This document shows, in pieces, positions 27,193 to 37,283 of a stretch of DNA of 64,000 nucleotides. The DNA lies in NCBI GenBank assembly GCA_963715305.1, contig CAVQSB010000007.1, forward strand, positions 123,693-187,692, read 5' to 3'. Each line of letters starts with the position of its first letter. The stretch's first letter is position 1. This DNA comes from an uncultured Actinomycetota bacterium (GTDB taxonomy: Bacteria > Actinomycetota > Acidimicrobiia > Spongiisociales > UBA4744). The notes under the pieces are model-generated. The model made no database searches and had not been told where the DNA came from. It saw only the letters and a program-made list of their open reading frames with translations. Made by a program: the position numbers and the translations under genes.

Positions 27193-28353
27193 ATGGGTAA
27201 ACATCGCTCCGCCGTCCGGGATCACAATGTGAATGCCAGGTTGCGTCGGCTCTCGATCCTCTTCGGGTCCGCCGGTGTGTTTCTGGTGGCCATCTCCGGC
27301 TGGCAAGCTTGGACGGCCTATCAGGACATCGAGAGGGTGACCTTCGGCGACGCTGTTGCAGCTGCCGAGAACCTGGCAACCATCCCGGCCATTGAGGTCG
27401 AGGAACTCCGAGCGGCAGAGGATGTCTCCGAGGAAGCTTCGCAAGGCGACGACACGCTGAACCTCGAAGCGGACGTGCTGGCCGATTTGCAGCGCCGTCG
27501 AGACGAGTTCGGAGTTGGGCCGGAAGTTGTCGAGTTTCCGTTCGTGTCGAGCCCCCGACTTCCTGATGAGATGTTCACGTCCTATTTGCTGACGGGCGTG
27601 GAAGGCGGGTTTCGCGCCGATGCCATCATCTTTGTGCTGTTTCCCCAGGGCGGCTCGAGCCCCCCGCTCATGGTGTCTCTCCCCCGCGACCTGTACCTTC
27701 CCAACCCGTGCACGCAGCGCTACACGCGTGTCAACGCCGGTTTGGTCGGATGCAAGGGCTACGCGAGTGGTGCGGAGTTGCTTTCTCTGATGGTTTCCGA
27801 CTTCACGGGCATCGAGGTTGATCATTTCGCTCGGATCGACTTCAGTGGATTCCAGAAGGTCATTGACGCTCTCGGCGGCGTTGAGATCTGTGTCGAGCAT
27901 GCTGTTCGCGACGCCAAGTCGTTTCTGAACTTGCCGGCCGGTTGCACGCAAGCCACAGGTGTTCAGGCGTTGTCGTGGGTCCGATCCCGCCGAACTCAGG
28001 AGTACGTGGACGGTGCCTGGCGGACCGTTGCCGGGGTCAGCGACTTCACGCGACAGCAAAAAGAACAGGACATGTTGTTCAAGATCGCCGGAAAGCTGAA
28101 CTCGTTTTCGTCCTTCTCATCGTTTTCGCAGGTTGCCCAGAGTCTGACCGATACCGTGGCACTGGACGAGGGGTTCTCGTTCGGAGATGCCCTGTCGCTT
28201 GCCTGGGAGATGAGAGGTCTGAAATCTACAGATGTGTTCCGGGTCAAGGTAACAACCCGGAACTATGTGACGACCGCCGGGGCCTACGTGCTGCTTCCAA
28301 CGGCGTCGTTCAACGAGCGGCTCGCCCTGTATTACCCCGAAGCCGCCCGCTAA
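27193..28353 (+). CDS. LytR-CpsA-Psr (LCP) family cell-envelope phosphotransferase
   Basis: An N-terminal TM anchor is followed by an LCP domain (LLTGVEGGFRADAIIFVLFP...SLPRDLY...). Confidence 0.8.
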   Translation: MGKHRSAVRDHNVNARLRRLSILFGSAGVFLVAISGWQAWTAYQDIERVTFGDAVAAAENLATIPAIEVEELRAAEDVSEEASQGDDTLNLEADVLADLQRRRDEFGVGPEVVEFPFVSSPRLPDEMFTSYLLTGVEGGFRADAIIFVLFPQGGSSPPLMVSLPRDLYLPNPCTQRYTRVNAGLVGCKGYASGAELLSLMVSDFTGIEVDHFARIDFSGFQKVIDALGGVEICVEHAVRDAKSFLNLPAGCTQATGVQALSWVRSRRTQEYVDGAWRTVAGVSDFTRQQKEQDMLFKIAGKLNSFSSFSSFSQVAQSLTDTVALDEGFSFGDALSLAWEMRGLKSTDVFRVKVTTRNYVTTAGAYVLLPTASFNERLALYYPEAAR

Positions 28354-28388
28354 ATCGCCGCGCGCGAGAAGTGGTTGTTGGTTCCCGG

Positions 28389-28784
28389 CTACCTCTCGAC
28401 CAATTCGAACGTAGTTTCGATGGGAACATTGCCCCGTATCACGGCCGCAACCGAGCACATCTCGGTGTGGCTGCGGTGGATGGCGTCTTCTACCTGGTCC
28501 GCCGTGAGGGCCTGTCCTGTCACCCGGTAGTGAAGCCGGAATCTTTGGAACTTCCAGGGAGGATCAGGCTCTTTCGTGAACGTGACCTCGATCGACAGGC
28601 CGGTCAGGTTCTCACCGAGTTGCGACACGAGGTCGACGCCGGAGCACGATGCCAGCGCCATCGGCAGAAGGTGAGATGGGCGGACCCCTAGTGCTTGACG
28701 CCCGTCGATATCAACGGGTATACCTTTTGAGTCGGTCCCGTCGAACCGCAGTTGACCTTCCCAGGTGACCGTTACTGCCGCCAT
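28389..28784 (-). CDS. OsmC/Ohr family peroxiredoxin-like protein
   Basis: 131 aa with conserved Cys residues (ALASCSG, EMCSV). Confidence 0.8.
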   Translation of the reverse strand: MAAVTVTWEGQLRFDGTDSKGIPVDIDGRQALGVRPSHLLPMALASCSGVDLVSQLGENLTGLSIEVTFTKEPDPPWKFQRFRLHYRVTGQALTADQVEDAIHRSHTEMCSVAAVIRGNVPIETTFELVER

Positions 28785-28955
28785 GTCCTATCGTCTTCCT
28801 TTCAGAACTCTGGCTAGACAAATCGGATCCGGTATTTCCTGTCAAATCGACCGCCGGCATGGGGGGCGAATGGAGGTTTCGGTAGTGCAAGGCGGCTCAT
28901 CCTTGGCTAAGTTGTCGGTGCACCCTTCAACGGGCGCGCGAAGGAGGAAAGGGTT

Positions 28956-30656
28956 ATGAAAAAACGACTACCAATCTTGGCAGTGCTGTTGGCGTTGACG
29001 CTGATCGCTGCTGCCTGTGCAGGGGACGCCGAGACAACGACAACGGCGGCGCCTGGAACGACCGAAGCCCCGGGTACGACCGAAGCTCCGGGTACGACCG
29101 AAGCCCCGATGGATTTTGAGGGTGCAGTCCTCGATGCCGGTGGGTGTGATTACGGTGGCCGGGTTGAGAAAATCTCGGCAATAGACCAGTACACCGTTGA
29201 GTTCGATCTGTGCGGTCCGCATCCGGCGTTCCTGGCGCAGATGGCTTTCATCGTCTTCGGGATCCAGCCTGAAGAGCATTTCGCCGCCACCGGTGGCGCA
29301 CCACTCGACAACCCGGTCGGAACGGGACCCTTCTCTTTGAAAGAGTGGGTCCGGGGCGACTCGGTGGTCTTTGAGCGGTTCGATGACTACTACGGGCAGG
29401 TTGCGCCGCAATCAACCCTGGTTCTCAAGTGGGCAACGGAGAGCGCCGGTCGTTTGCTGGAGCTCCAATCCGGTACGGTTGATGGAATCACCTTCCCCGG
29501 CACTGAGGACCTGGAAACGATCGAAGACGATCCCAACCTGGTTCTGCTCACCAAGCCGGAGCCGAATATCTTCTATGTGGGCTTCACCAACACCTTCGAG
29601 CCGTTCGACAATGTCGACGTCCGCAAGGCGATTGCCATGGGCATCGACCGTGAGCGGATCGTGGATACGTTCTACGCTCCGGGGTCAGAAGTTGCCTCAC
29701 ATTTCACGCCGTGCTCCGTGGAGAACGGTTGTGAGGGCGAATCGTGGTACGAGTTCGATGCCGCAGCCGCCAAGCAGATGCTGGCCGATGCCGGATTCCC
29801 GAACGGGTTCTCGACATCGATCTTCTATCGCGATGTGACCAGGGGCTATCTGCCGACACCTGGTGATGTGGCAGCCGATCTTCAGGCTCAGCTCAAGACG
29901 AACCTGAACATCGACGCCGAGGTGGTTGTTATGGAATCAGGGGAGTTCATCCAGGCCTGCTCGACGGCGGGCACCTGCGATGGCATCCACTTGTTGGGTT
30001 GGACGGGCGACTACCCGCACGTCACCAACTTCCTGGACTTCCACTTCGCTGAGAACAACGCCCAGTTCGGCAGTCCGCATCCGGAGATCTACGAACCTCT
30101 GGCAGCGGCTTCGCAACTGGCATCCGCTTCGGAAGCAGCTCCGCTCTACGCAGAAGCCAACAACGCCATCAAGGCACTGGTGCCCATGGTGCCGATCGCC
30201 CACGGCAATGCGTTCTACGCAGCCCAGGCCGCGGTACAGGGTTCCTTTGCTCCCCCGTGGGGAGATGTGGTGTTCAATCTGTGGGACAACGGCGGAGACA
30301 CGATGGTGTTCATGCAGGGCAACGAGCCGATCTCTCTGTATTGCGCAGACGAGACCGACGGCGAGTCCCTGCGTGCCTGCACCCAGGTCCTCGAGGGCTT
30401 GTACTCCTACACGACCGACGGATTGGTCCAGCCGCAGCTGGCCACCGAGTGTGTGCCGAACGAAGATCTGAGTCTGTGGACCTGCTCGCTCCGCGAGGGC
30501 GTGCTCTTCCACGACGGGTCGACGTTCGACGCCAACGACGTGGTGGCCACGTTCTCGGTTGGTCTGGATGCCGCCAACCCGCTACACGTTGGTAACAGTG
30601 GAGTGTTCGAGTACTACGACTACCTATTCAATGGCCTCATCAACGCAGAGTCGTAA
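28956..30656 (+). CDS. ABC transporter substrate-binding lipoprotein, family 5 (peptide/nickel, DppA/OppA-like)
   Basis: Lipobox AAACAG. The linker contains APGTTE x3. It has the SBP_bac_5 fold. Confidence 0.85.
   Translation: MKKRLPILAVLLALTLIAAACAGDAETTTTAAPGTTEAPGTTEAPGTTEAPMDFEGAVLDAGGCDYGGRVEKISAIDQYTVEFDLCGPHPAFLAQMAFIVFGIQPEEHFAATGGAPLDNPVGTGPFSLKEWVRGDSVVFERFDDYYGQVAPQSTLVLKWATESAGRLLELQSGTVDGITFPGTEDLETIEDDPNLVLLTKPEPNIFYVGFTNTFEPFDNVDVRKAIAMGIDRERIVDTFYAPGSEVASHFTPCSVENGCEGESWYEFDAAAAKQMLADAGFPNGFSTSIFYRDVTRGYLPTPGDVAADLQAQLKTNLNIDAEVVVMESGEFIQACSTAGTCDGIHLLGWTGDYPHVTNFLDFHFAENNAQFGSPHPEIYEPLAAASQLASASEAAPLYAEANNAIKALVPMVPIAHGNAFYAAQAAVQGSFAPPWGDVVFNLWDNGGDTMVFMQGNEPISLYCADETDGESLRACTQVLEGLYSYTTDGLVQPQLATECVPNEDLSLWTCSLREGVLFHDGSTFDANDVVATFSVGLDAANPLHVGNSGVFEYYDYLFNGLINAES
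29047..29100 (+). repeat. 3 x 18-nt coding tandem repeat (APGTTE)3 in SBP linker
   Basis: The unit gcnccgggtacgaccgaa occurs three times. Confidence 0.7.
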
Positions 30657-30678
30657 GACCTGCTGAGGTTGAGACACT

Positions 30679-30707
30679 GAGGGGGAGGCGCCGAGCGCCT
30701 CCCCCTC
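30679..30707 (+). terminator. Intra-operon GC hairpin (13-bp stem, loop cga) between SBP and permease genes - attenuator/partial terminator
   Basis: The hairpin is gagggggaggcgc-cga-gcgcctccccctc. Confidence 0.45.
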
Positions 30708-30728
30708 GTCTATGCTCCACGGCACTCG

Positions 30729-31808
30729 ATGGTTACTTACATAACACGCCGGATCTTGCTCGCCATCCCGGTCCTGATCGGGATTGTGGTGGTGGTGTTC
30801 CTCTTGATTCGCGCCATACCCGGCGATCCTTGCACCTCACTCCTCGGTGAACGGGCCACCGTGGAGGCTTGCGAGCGGTTCAACGAGGCAAACGGCCTGA
30901 ACGAGCCGGTGCTGGTCCAGCTGGGTATCTACATGAAGAACGTGGTGACCTTCAACCTGGGTGAGTCTGTTCGATTCTCTCGACCGGTGAGCCAGCTTCT
31001 CATCGAGCGTTTGCCGCTGACCACGGAACTGGCTCTTTCCGCTCTGGCGATCGCCGTCCTGGTTGGTGTGCCACTAGGTGTAGTCGCGGCCCGGCGCCAC
31101 AACAGCGTCATCGACACCGGCACCATGGCCCTGGCCAACGTCGGGGTTTCGATGCCGGTCTTCTGGCTGGGTCTCATGCTCGCCTATGTCTTTGCTCTGC
31201 TGCTACGAGATACTGCGTTCAGCCTGCCTCCGTCCGGACGGATCAGCGCCGGTGTGTTCTCGGTCCCCTACTTTGAGGTGTGGGGTTGGCAGCTGGAAGC
31301 GGGTTCGGGGGCGGCCCGAGTGCACGAATACATCGCCAACCACTACATCTTCAACAACCTCATCACCGGCAACTGGAAAGTCTTCTGGGATGCCGTCAAA
31401 CACATGATCTTGCCTGCGGTCGCTTTGGCCACGATTCCCCTCTCGATCATCGCTCGCATTACTCGTAGCTCATTGCTCGAGGTCATGGGGAGGGACTTCA
31501 TTCGGACCGCCCGGGCGAAAGGCGTCAAGGAGCGCTGGGTGGTGAGGCGGCATGCTTTCCGCAATGCCATTCTCCCGGTCGTCACCATCATCGGGTTGCA
31601 GCTCGGTGCACTCCTGGGCGGGGCGGTCCTCACCGAAACGGTGTTCAACCTCGCTGGAATCGGGCGGGCCCTGTTCGATGCCATCACCGGCCGTGACTAT
31701 GCGATCGTCCAAGGGTTTACGGTGATCGTTGCCGGCATCTATGTCATCGTCAACCTGCTCGTCGACCTTTCTTACGCATATCTCGATCCGAGGATCCGAC
31801 TCGAATGA
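30729..31808 (+). CDS. ABC transporter permease (DppB/OppB-like)
   Basis: 359 aa with a BPD_transp_1-type sequence. Confidence 0.85.
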   Translation: MVTYITRRILLAIPVLIGIVVVVFLLIRAIPGDPCTSLLGERATVEACERFNEANGLNEPVLVQLGIYMKNVVTFNLGESVRFSRPVSQLLIERLPLTTELALSALAIAVLVGVPLGVVAARRHNSVIDTGTMALANVGVSMPVFWLGLMLAYVFALLLRDTAFSLPPSGRISAGVFSVPYFEVWGWQLEAGSGAARVHEYIANHYIFNNLITGNWKVFWDAVKHMILPAVALATIPLSIIARITRSSLLEVMGRDFIRTARAKGVKERWVVRRHAFRNAILPVVTIIGLQLGALLGGAVLTETVFNLAGIGRALFDAITGRDYAIVQGFTVIVAGIYVIVNLLVDLSYAYLDPRIRLE

Positions 31809-32768
31809 CCTCGTTCAACCGCCGTGAAGCTATCGAGCAACTCGAGGCTGAAGCCGGAGATGTCGAACGGTTGTTGGAAAAGCCTTCGACCCAATGGCGT
31901 TTGGCGTTGCAACGGTTCCGGGGACGCAAGTCGGGAATGATCGGTCTCGGTATCATCGTCGCCCTGGTGCTCGTCGCCATCTTCGCGCCCTTGCTGGCGC
32001 CCTACGGGCCTACGGATATCCTCATCGGGATCGAAGATGTCAGGCGGTACGACCCACCCTGTATTCACCTGCTCGGCTGCGCCGCGGATCAGCCGCAGCA
32101 TCTCCTGGGCATCGACGGGAACGTGCGTGATGAGCTGTCCGCGAGTCATTTTCGGATCGCGGGTGAGTTTGACCCTGGGCTTCTTCACGGTGACCTTGGC
32201 CCTGATGGTTGGCTCGACGATCGGTGCTCTCGCCGGTTTTCGGGGCGGGTGGTTCGACAACATCATCATGCGGTTCATGGACGTGATCCTCGGGTTCCCA
32301 TCCCTTCTGCTGGCCATCGCCATCGTGGCTGTGTTGGGTCCCGGGCTTCAGAATGCGTTGATCGCCATCGCCATCGTCACGATGCCCGGGTACGCGCGCG
32401 TCATGCGGGCCCAGGTTCTGGCCATCAAGGAGAGCGACTTTGTGTCGGCCTCCCGTGCCCTCGGGGCGTCTTCGATGCAGATCCTCGTGCGGCGGGTTGT
32501 TCCCAATGCGCTCACTCCGCTTGTTGTCTTGGCGACGCTGGGCGTGGCAACTGCCATCCTGGAAGCCGCCGGACTCTCCTTCCTTGGCCTGGGAGCTCAA
32601 CCTCCGATGGCCGAGTGGGGCTCGATGCTTGCTTCTGAGCGAAACCAGGTCTTCAACGCCCCCCACCTGGTCTTCTTCCCCGGCTTCGCCATCATGCTCA
32701 CCGTGCTCGGATTCAACCTGATGGGCGACGGAATGCGCGACGCTCTCGATCCCACCCTCAACCGATGA
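31805..32768 (+). CDS. ABC transporter permease (DppC/OppC-like); frameshift near 32100-32150
   Basis: ORFs 31805..32638 and 32037..32768 overlap in different frames. ...PCIHLLGIDGNVRD / VMSCPRVIFGSRVSL joins into the canonical DppC motif. Confidence 0.8.
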
Positions 32769-33821
32769 GTGCTGCCATCCCCCTCCCCGAAGAATTCGTC
32801 GATGAGCCGCTGGCCGGTGCCGCCGAAAGCGAGCCGCTCCTCGAGGTGCGTGGATTGAAGACGCATTTCGATACTCGACAGGGTGTCGTGAAAGCGGTCG
32901 ACCAGGTGGACTTCCACGTCGATCGGGGCGAAGTGCTCGGCCTGGTCGGGGAGTCTGGATGCGGCAAGTCGGTGACCTCGTTTTCGATCATGGGGTTGAT
33001 TGCCCACCCGGGTGCGATCGTTGCCGGCGAGATTATCTTCCACGGTCAGGATCTGACCAAGCTCAAGAAGGACGAAATCCGCAAGCTGCGTGGCGAGCAC
33101 ATCTCGATGATCTTCCAGCAACCCGCCTCGGCGCTCAACCCCGTGTATCGGGCCGGTGCGCAGATCAAGGAAGTCTTTGAGTTGCATCGGGACTGGACTA
33201 AAGACGTCGAAGAGGAAAAGGTGATCGAGATGCTGACCCAGGTCGGTATTCCGGATCCCAAGAGAAGGGCGGCTGCCTATCCCCATGAGTTGTCCGGAGG
33301 GATGGCCCAGCGAATCATGATTGCCATGGCGCTGGCGTGTGAGCCGGAGTTGCTGATCGCCGACGAGCCGACGACGGCGCTGGATGTGACCATCCAGGCT
33401 CAGATCCTCGATCTGATGCGTGAGCTGCAGAAATCCACGAATACCGCCGTCATTCTCATCACCCACGACCTCGGTGTTGTTGCCGAAATGGCCGATCGGA
33501 TAGCCGTCATGTACGCCGGGGAGATCGTAGAAGAGGCCGACGTGCGGACCATCTTCAGAAATCCGCATGCACCCGTACACCCAGGGTCTGGTCGGGTCGA
33601 TCCCGGTCCTGGGCAAGCTCAAGTCGGTTCTGGACACCATCCCGGGCGTGGTTCCCTCGCTCATCGATCTTCCCGCTGCCTGCCGTTTTGCTTCGCGTTG
33701 TGTCGCCCGGATAGAACACGGCCTGGAGATCTGCACCCAACGAAAGCCCGATCTGCTGGAAACTGCGGAGGGGCACAAAGTACGTTGCTGGCTCTACCAG
33801 GATGAGGATTCCGATGGCTGA
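32765..33821 (+). CDS. ABC transporter ATP-binding protein (DppD/OppD-like); frameshift near 33570
   Basis: Walker A GESGCGKS is present. The C-terminal ...[15 protein letters not shown]... segment is in ORF 33567..33821. Confidence 0.8.
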
Positions 33822-34834
33822 GAATCTTGTTGAGATCCGAGACCTGGTGAAGCAATTTCCGGTGAAGGCCGGATTGCTGCAGCGGCAGGTGGCGACGGTC
33901 AACGCGGTAGCCGGAGTCGATCTGGATATTCACAAGGGTGAGACCATCGGATTGGTCGGCGAGTCCGGTTGCGGGAAGACGACTCTGGGACGGGTCCTGG
34001 TCCGGCTGCTCGAGCCGACCTCAGGCACCGTTCGGTTCGACGGCGAGGATATGACCCACCTGCAAGGGCAAGGCTCTCAAGCCGTTCCGTCGTCGGGTTC
34101 AGATCATCTTCCAGGATCCCTACGGATCGCTCGATCCACGCACCCAGGTCGGTGACGCCATCGCTGAGGGTCTGCGACTGCACGGTGTCGATGACCGGGA
34201 CGAACGGCGCCAGCGGGTGACCGAGATGCTCGAGCTGGTCGGTCTTGAGTCCCGTCATGCGGGTCGTTATCCGCATGAGTTCTCCGGTGGTCAACGGCAG
34301 CGGATTGGCATCGCCAGGGCATTGATCCTGAAGCCGGATCTCGTGGTGGCGGACGAGCCGGTCTCGGCGCTCGACGTTTCCGTGCAGGCGCAGGTGCTCA
34401 ACCTTCTGAAGGAGCTGCAATCGGAGCTCGATCTGACGTTGCTTTTCGTGGCTCACAACCTGGCGGTAGTCGAGCACATCTCTGATCGGGTGGCGGTGAT
34501 GTACCTGGGCAAGATCGTCGAGCTGACCGATCGAGACACCCTGTACCGCAATCCCTTGCATCCCTATACGGAAGCCCTGTTGTCGGCCATCCCGATCCCC
34601 GATCCCGACCGGCCCCGCAACCGGCAGATCTTGCAGGGTGATGTTCCGTCTCCCTTGAACCCGCCCCTCGGTTGCCACTTCCACCCTCGCTGTCCGATAG
34701 CCAGGATCGGGCTGTGCGATGTCGAGGAACCGCAACTGCTTCCACTCAACGACGAGGTCGACCATATGGCTTCATGTCACCTCCGCACCGGTGACCACCG
34801 CCGGTTCGACCCGCGCCGGCCCATCAAGCGGTGA
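33814..34834 (+). CDS. ABC transporter ATP-binding protein (DppF/OppF-like); ≥2 frameshifts 34060-34220
   Basis: The N-terminus is in ORF 33802..34155 and the C-terminus in 34217..34834. The oligopeptide ABC C-terminal zinc-ribbon-like motif CHFHPRCP is present. Confidence 0.8.
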
Positions 34835-35082
34835 AACCGGGCAGGTGAATCGGACGGCGGGCCGGCCGACGACCAATAACTGGTAGCGTCCGACCTATGG
34901 GCGCCTGGTTACGTCGGTTTGGCACGACCGCAGCTGCGGTTTTCCTGGGCGGATCGTTGTCTGATCGCGTTTGGAATCGCCGCCATGCAACTCCTCCTGG
35001 ACGGGCTCGATCCTGCCCGAATCGAAGAGGGAACCAGAGAGCGCGGCGGTGCAACTGGGCGTTCCCGCAGGCATTCGCAGAC

Positions 35083-35403
35083 ATGAGCGTGATGGCGACC
35101 ATCTCCGGCATCGTTGTCCTGCTGTTCGTACTCGTTTCGGTGATCGCCCTGCTCGGTGTGGCCCTGAGGCGGCAAGGATTTCGCGAAGCCGCACTCGGGG
35201 TCTTTGCTGCTTTCGCCATCGTCATGATTCCGCTCGGTATCAGTGGCCGGGTGGCCGACCCTCCCGCGGAGAACGCGATGGTCGGCATCATGGTCGGGTT
35301 GGTTTCCGGCCTGGTGGTCGTGCTCCTGGCGGTGCCGGCCACATCGTTGACGTTCGATCAGGCCGAGGTCGATCATCGGCGAAAGCAGGCTCGCCGGACC
35401 TAG
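35083..35403 (+). CDS. Small hypothetical membrane protein (3 TM)
   Basis: It starts MSVMATISGIVVLLFVLVSVIALLG... The upstream part of ORF 34897 looks non-coding. Confidence 0.35.
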   Translation: MSVMATISGIVVLLFVLVSVIALLGVALRRQGFREAALGVFAAFAIVMIPLGISGRVADPPAENAMVGIMVGLVSGLVVVLLAVPATSLTFDQAEVDHRRKQARRT

Positions 35404-35411
35404 AGGCCCAA

Positions 35412-36708
35412 TCAGATCTCGAGCGTTTCGAGTCTTTCGAACACGATCGCCGAGTTGGCGAGGGATCTTTCGATCGAGAAGCATGACCTGAGTCGTTCCG
35501 ATGTCAGATCGACCGCCGGATCTTTCTTCAAGAGATCGAGCAGATGCCCACCACCGTCCCACGACGCCAGGGCATTGCGCTGCACGATCCGGTAAGCATC
35601 ATCGCGGCTCGATCCGTCCTCAACGAGGGCCAGAAGCACGGCCTGACTGAAGACCAGGCCGCGGGTGCCTTCGAGATTGGCCAGCATGCGGTCGTGGTCG
35701 ACCTCGAGATGTTCGATCAACCCCGCGAACTTGACGAGCATGTAGTGCAGGACATGACAGGCGTCCGGGATGATCACTCGCTCGGCCGAGGAATGGCTGA
35801 TGTCGCGCTCGTGCCAAAGAGCAACGTTCTCGAGCCCCACCTGCCGCGTAGCCCCGGAGGAGTCGTGCCATCCCGGTCATTCGTTCCGAGAGGATCGGGT
35901 TGCGCTTGTGCGGCATGGCCGACGATCCCTTCTGCCCGGGCCTGAACGCTTCACGAGCTTCCCGCACCTCCGACCGCTGCAGGTGGCGGATCTCGGTGGC
36001 AAATCGCTCGATCGAAGCACCCGTCAACGCAACGGCCTGCAGGAACTCGGAGTGCCGATCGCGGTGGGTCACCTGTGAGGACACCGGTTCGATGCCCAAC
36101 CCGAGGTGCTCGCAGACGTAGCGTTCGAGGCGGGGTGGTGTGTGAGCATAGGTCCCCACCGCGCCACTGATCTTGCCAACGGCTACGGCCCGGCGGGCCC
36201 GGGTGAGCCGTTCGTGATCCCTGGCCAGCTCAAAGGCCCACGTAGCGAGCTTCAAGCCGAAGGTGGTCGGCTCCGCCCAGATGCCGTGGGTACGTCCCAG
36301 CATGGCCGTGGCGCGATGCTCCAGTGCTTTCCCCTTGACAACTTCGAAGAGTCTTTCGGTTCCGCCGAGCAGCAATCCGGCCGCTTCGTTGAGCAGCACG
36401 CCCTGCGCAGTATCGAGGACATCGGACGAGGTGAGCCCGTAATGGACCCATTCGCCGCCCGTGGCCGTGTTCTCGGCGAGCAGATCGACGAATGCCGCCA
36501 GATCATGGTTGGTTATCTCTTCGCGCGCTCTCCAGGCGACGGGATCGACCGGGTCGGCGCGCCGGACCGCGGCGGCCGCCTCCGGGGGAGCCACCCCGAG
36601 TTCGCTCCATCCCTCGACGACCAGAGCTTCGACTTCTTGCCAGACCGCCAGCTTGCGTTCTTCGGACCAGACGGCCGCCATGTCCGGAAGCGTGTAACGA
36701 GGGATCAT
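35412..36708 (-). CDS. purB: Adenylosuccinate lyase; frameshift near 35830-35880
   Basis: MIPRYTLPDMAAVWSEE... N-terminus (B. subtilis-type PurB). It has the SSxMPHKxN signature. The C-terminal 140 aa are in ORF 35412..35840. Confidence 0.85.
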
Positions 36709-36716
36709 GGGAAGAA

Positions 36717-36747
36717 GTTATCAGTTATCAGTCGTCAGTTGTCAGTT
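36717..36747 (-). promoter_or_regulatory. Heptad tandem repeats (minus-strand reading: tgacaac-tgacgac-tgataac-tgataac) in the purB 5'UTR, ending 9 nt before the start codon
   Basis: Plus strand reads gttatcagttatcagtcgtcagttgtcagtt. There is no SD between the repeat and ATG. GGAGAAAC lies upstream of the repeat, ~40 nt from ATG. Confidence 0.3.
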
Positions 36748-36821
36748 TCTCCTGGTCGCTGATACCTGAAAGGACGGTCGCAGGCCGACCGACTGATCAC
36801 TCGTGACGGCGAGGCGGTGGC

Positions 36822-37283
36822 TCAGCGCTGTGACTCCTCGGCCAGCTCGGCCCGATACTCGGCCAAGCGCTTCGCAAGGCCCTCGTCCTGCAGAGCCAGG
36901 ATGGCGATGGCCAGAAGGGCTGCGTTGGCCGATCCGTCGACGGCGACGGTCGCCACAGGGATGCCGGTGGGCATCTGGACCGTGGCCAGCAGAGCATCCA
37001 GGCCTTGGAGAGAGGCGCTGAGGGGCACGCCGATGACCGGAAGGAGTGATTTGGCGGCCATGACACCGGCGAGGTGGGCGGCTTTTCCTGCGCCGGCGAT
37101 GATGACCGAGAATCCCTGGTCGGCCGCTGTGGCTGCAAACACAAACGCGGCATCCGGCGTCTTGTGTGCCGAGAGCACCCGCACTTCGTGCCCGACGCCG
37201 AACCGGGCCAGGGTATCGCCGGCCGCCTGCATCTTGGGTTGATCCTTGGCGGATCCCATCACAATGGCGACCTTGCTCATCAC
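36822..37283 (-). CDS. purE: N5-carboxyaminoimidazole ribonucleotide mutase
   Basis: 153 aa. MSKVAIVMGSxSD ... AGKAAHLAG is present. Confidence 0.9.
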   Translation of the reverse strand: MMSKVAIVMGSAKDQPKMQAAGDTLARFGVGHEVRVLSAHKTPDAAFVFAATAADQGFSVIIAGAGKAAHLAGVMAAKSLLPVIGVPLSASLQGLDALLATVQMPTGIPVATVAVDGSANAALLAIAILALQDEGLAKRLAEYRAELAEESQR

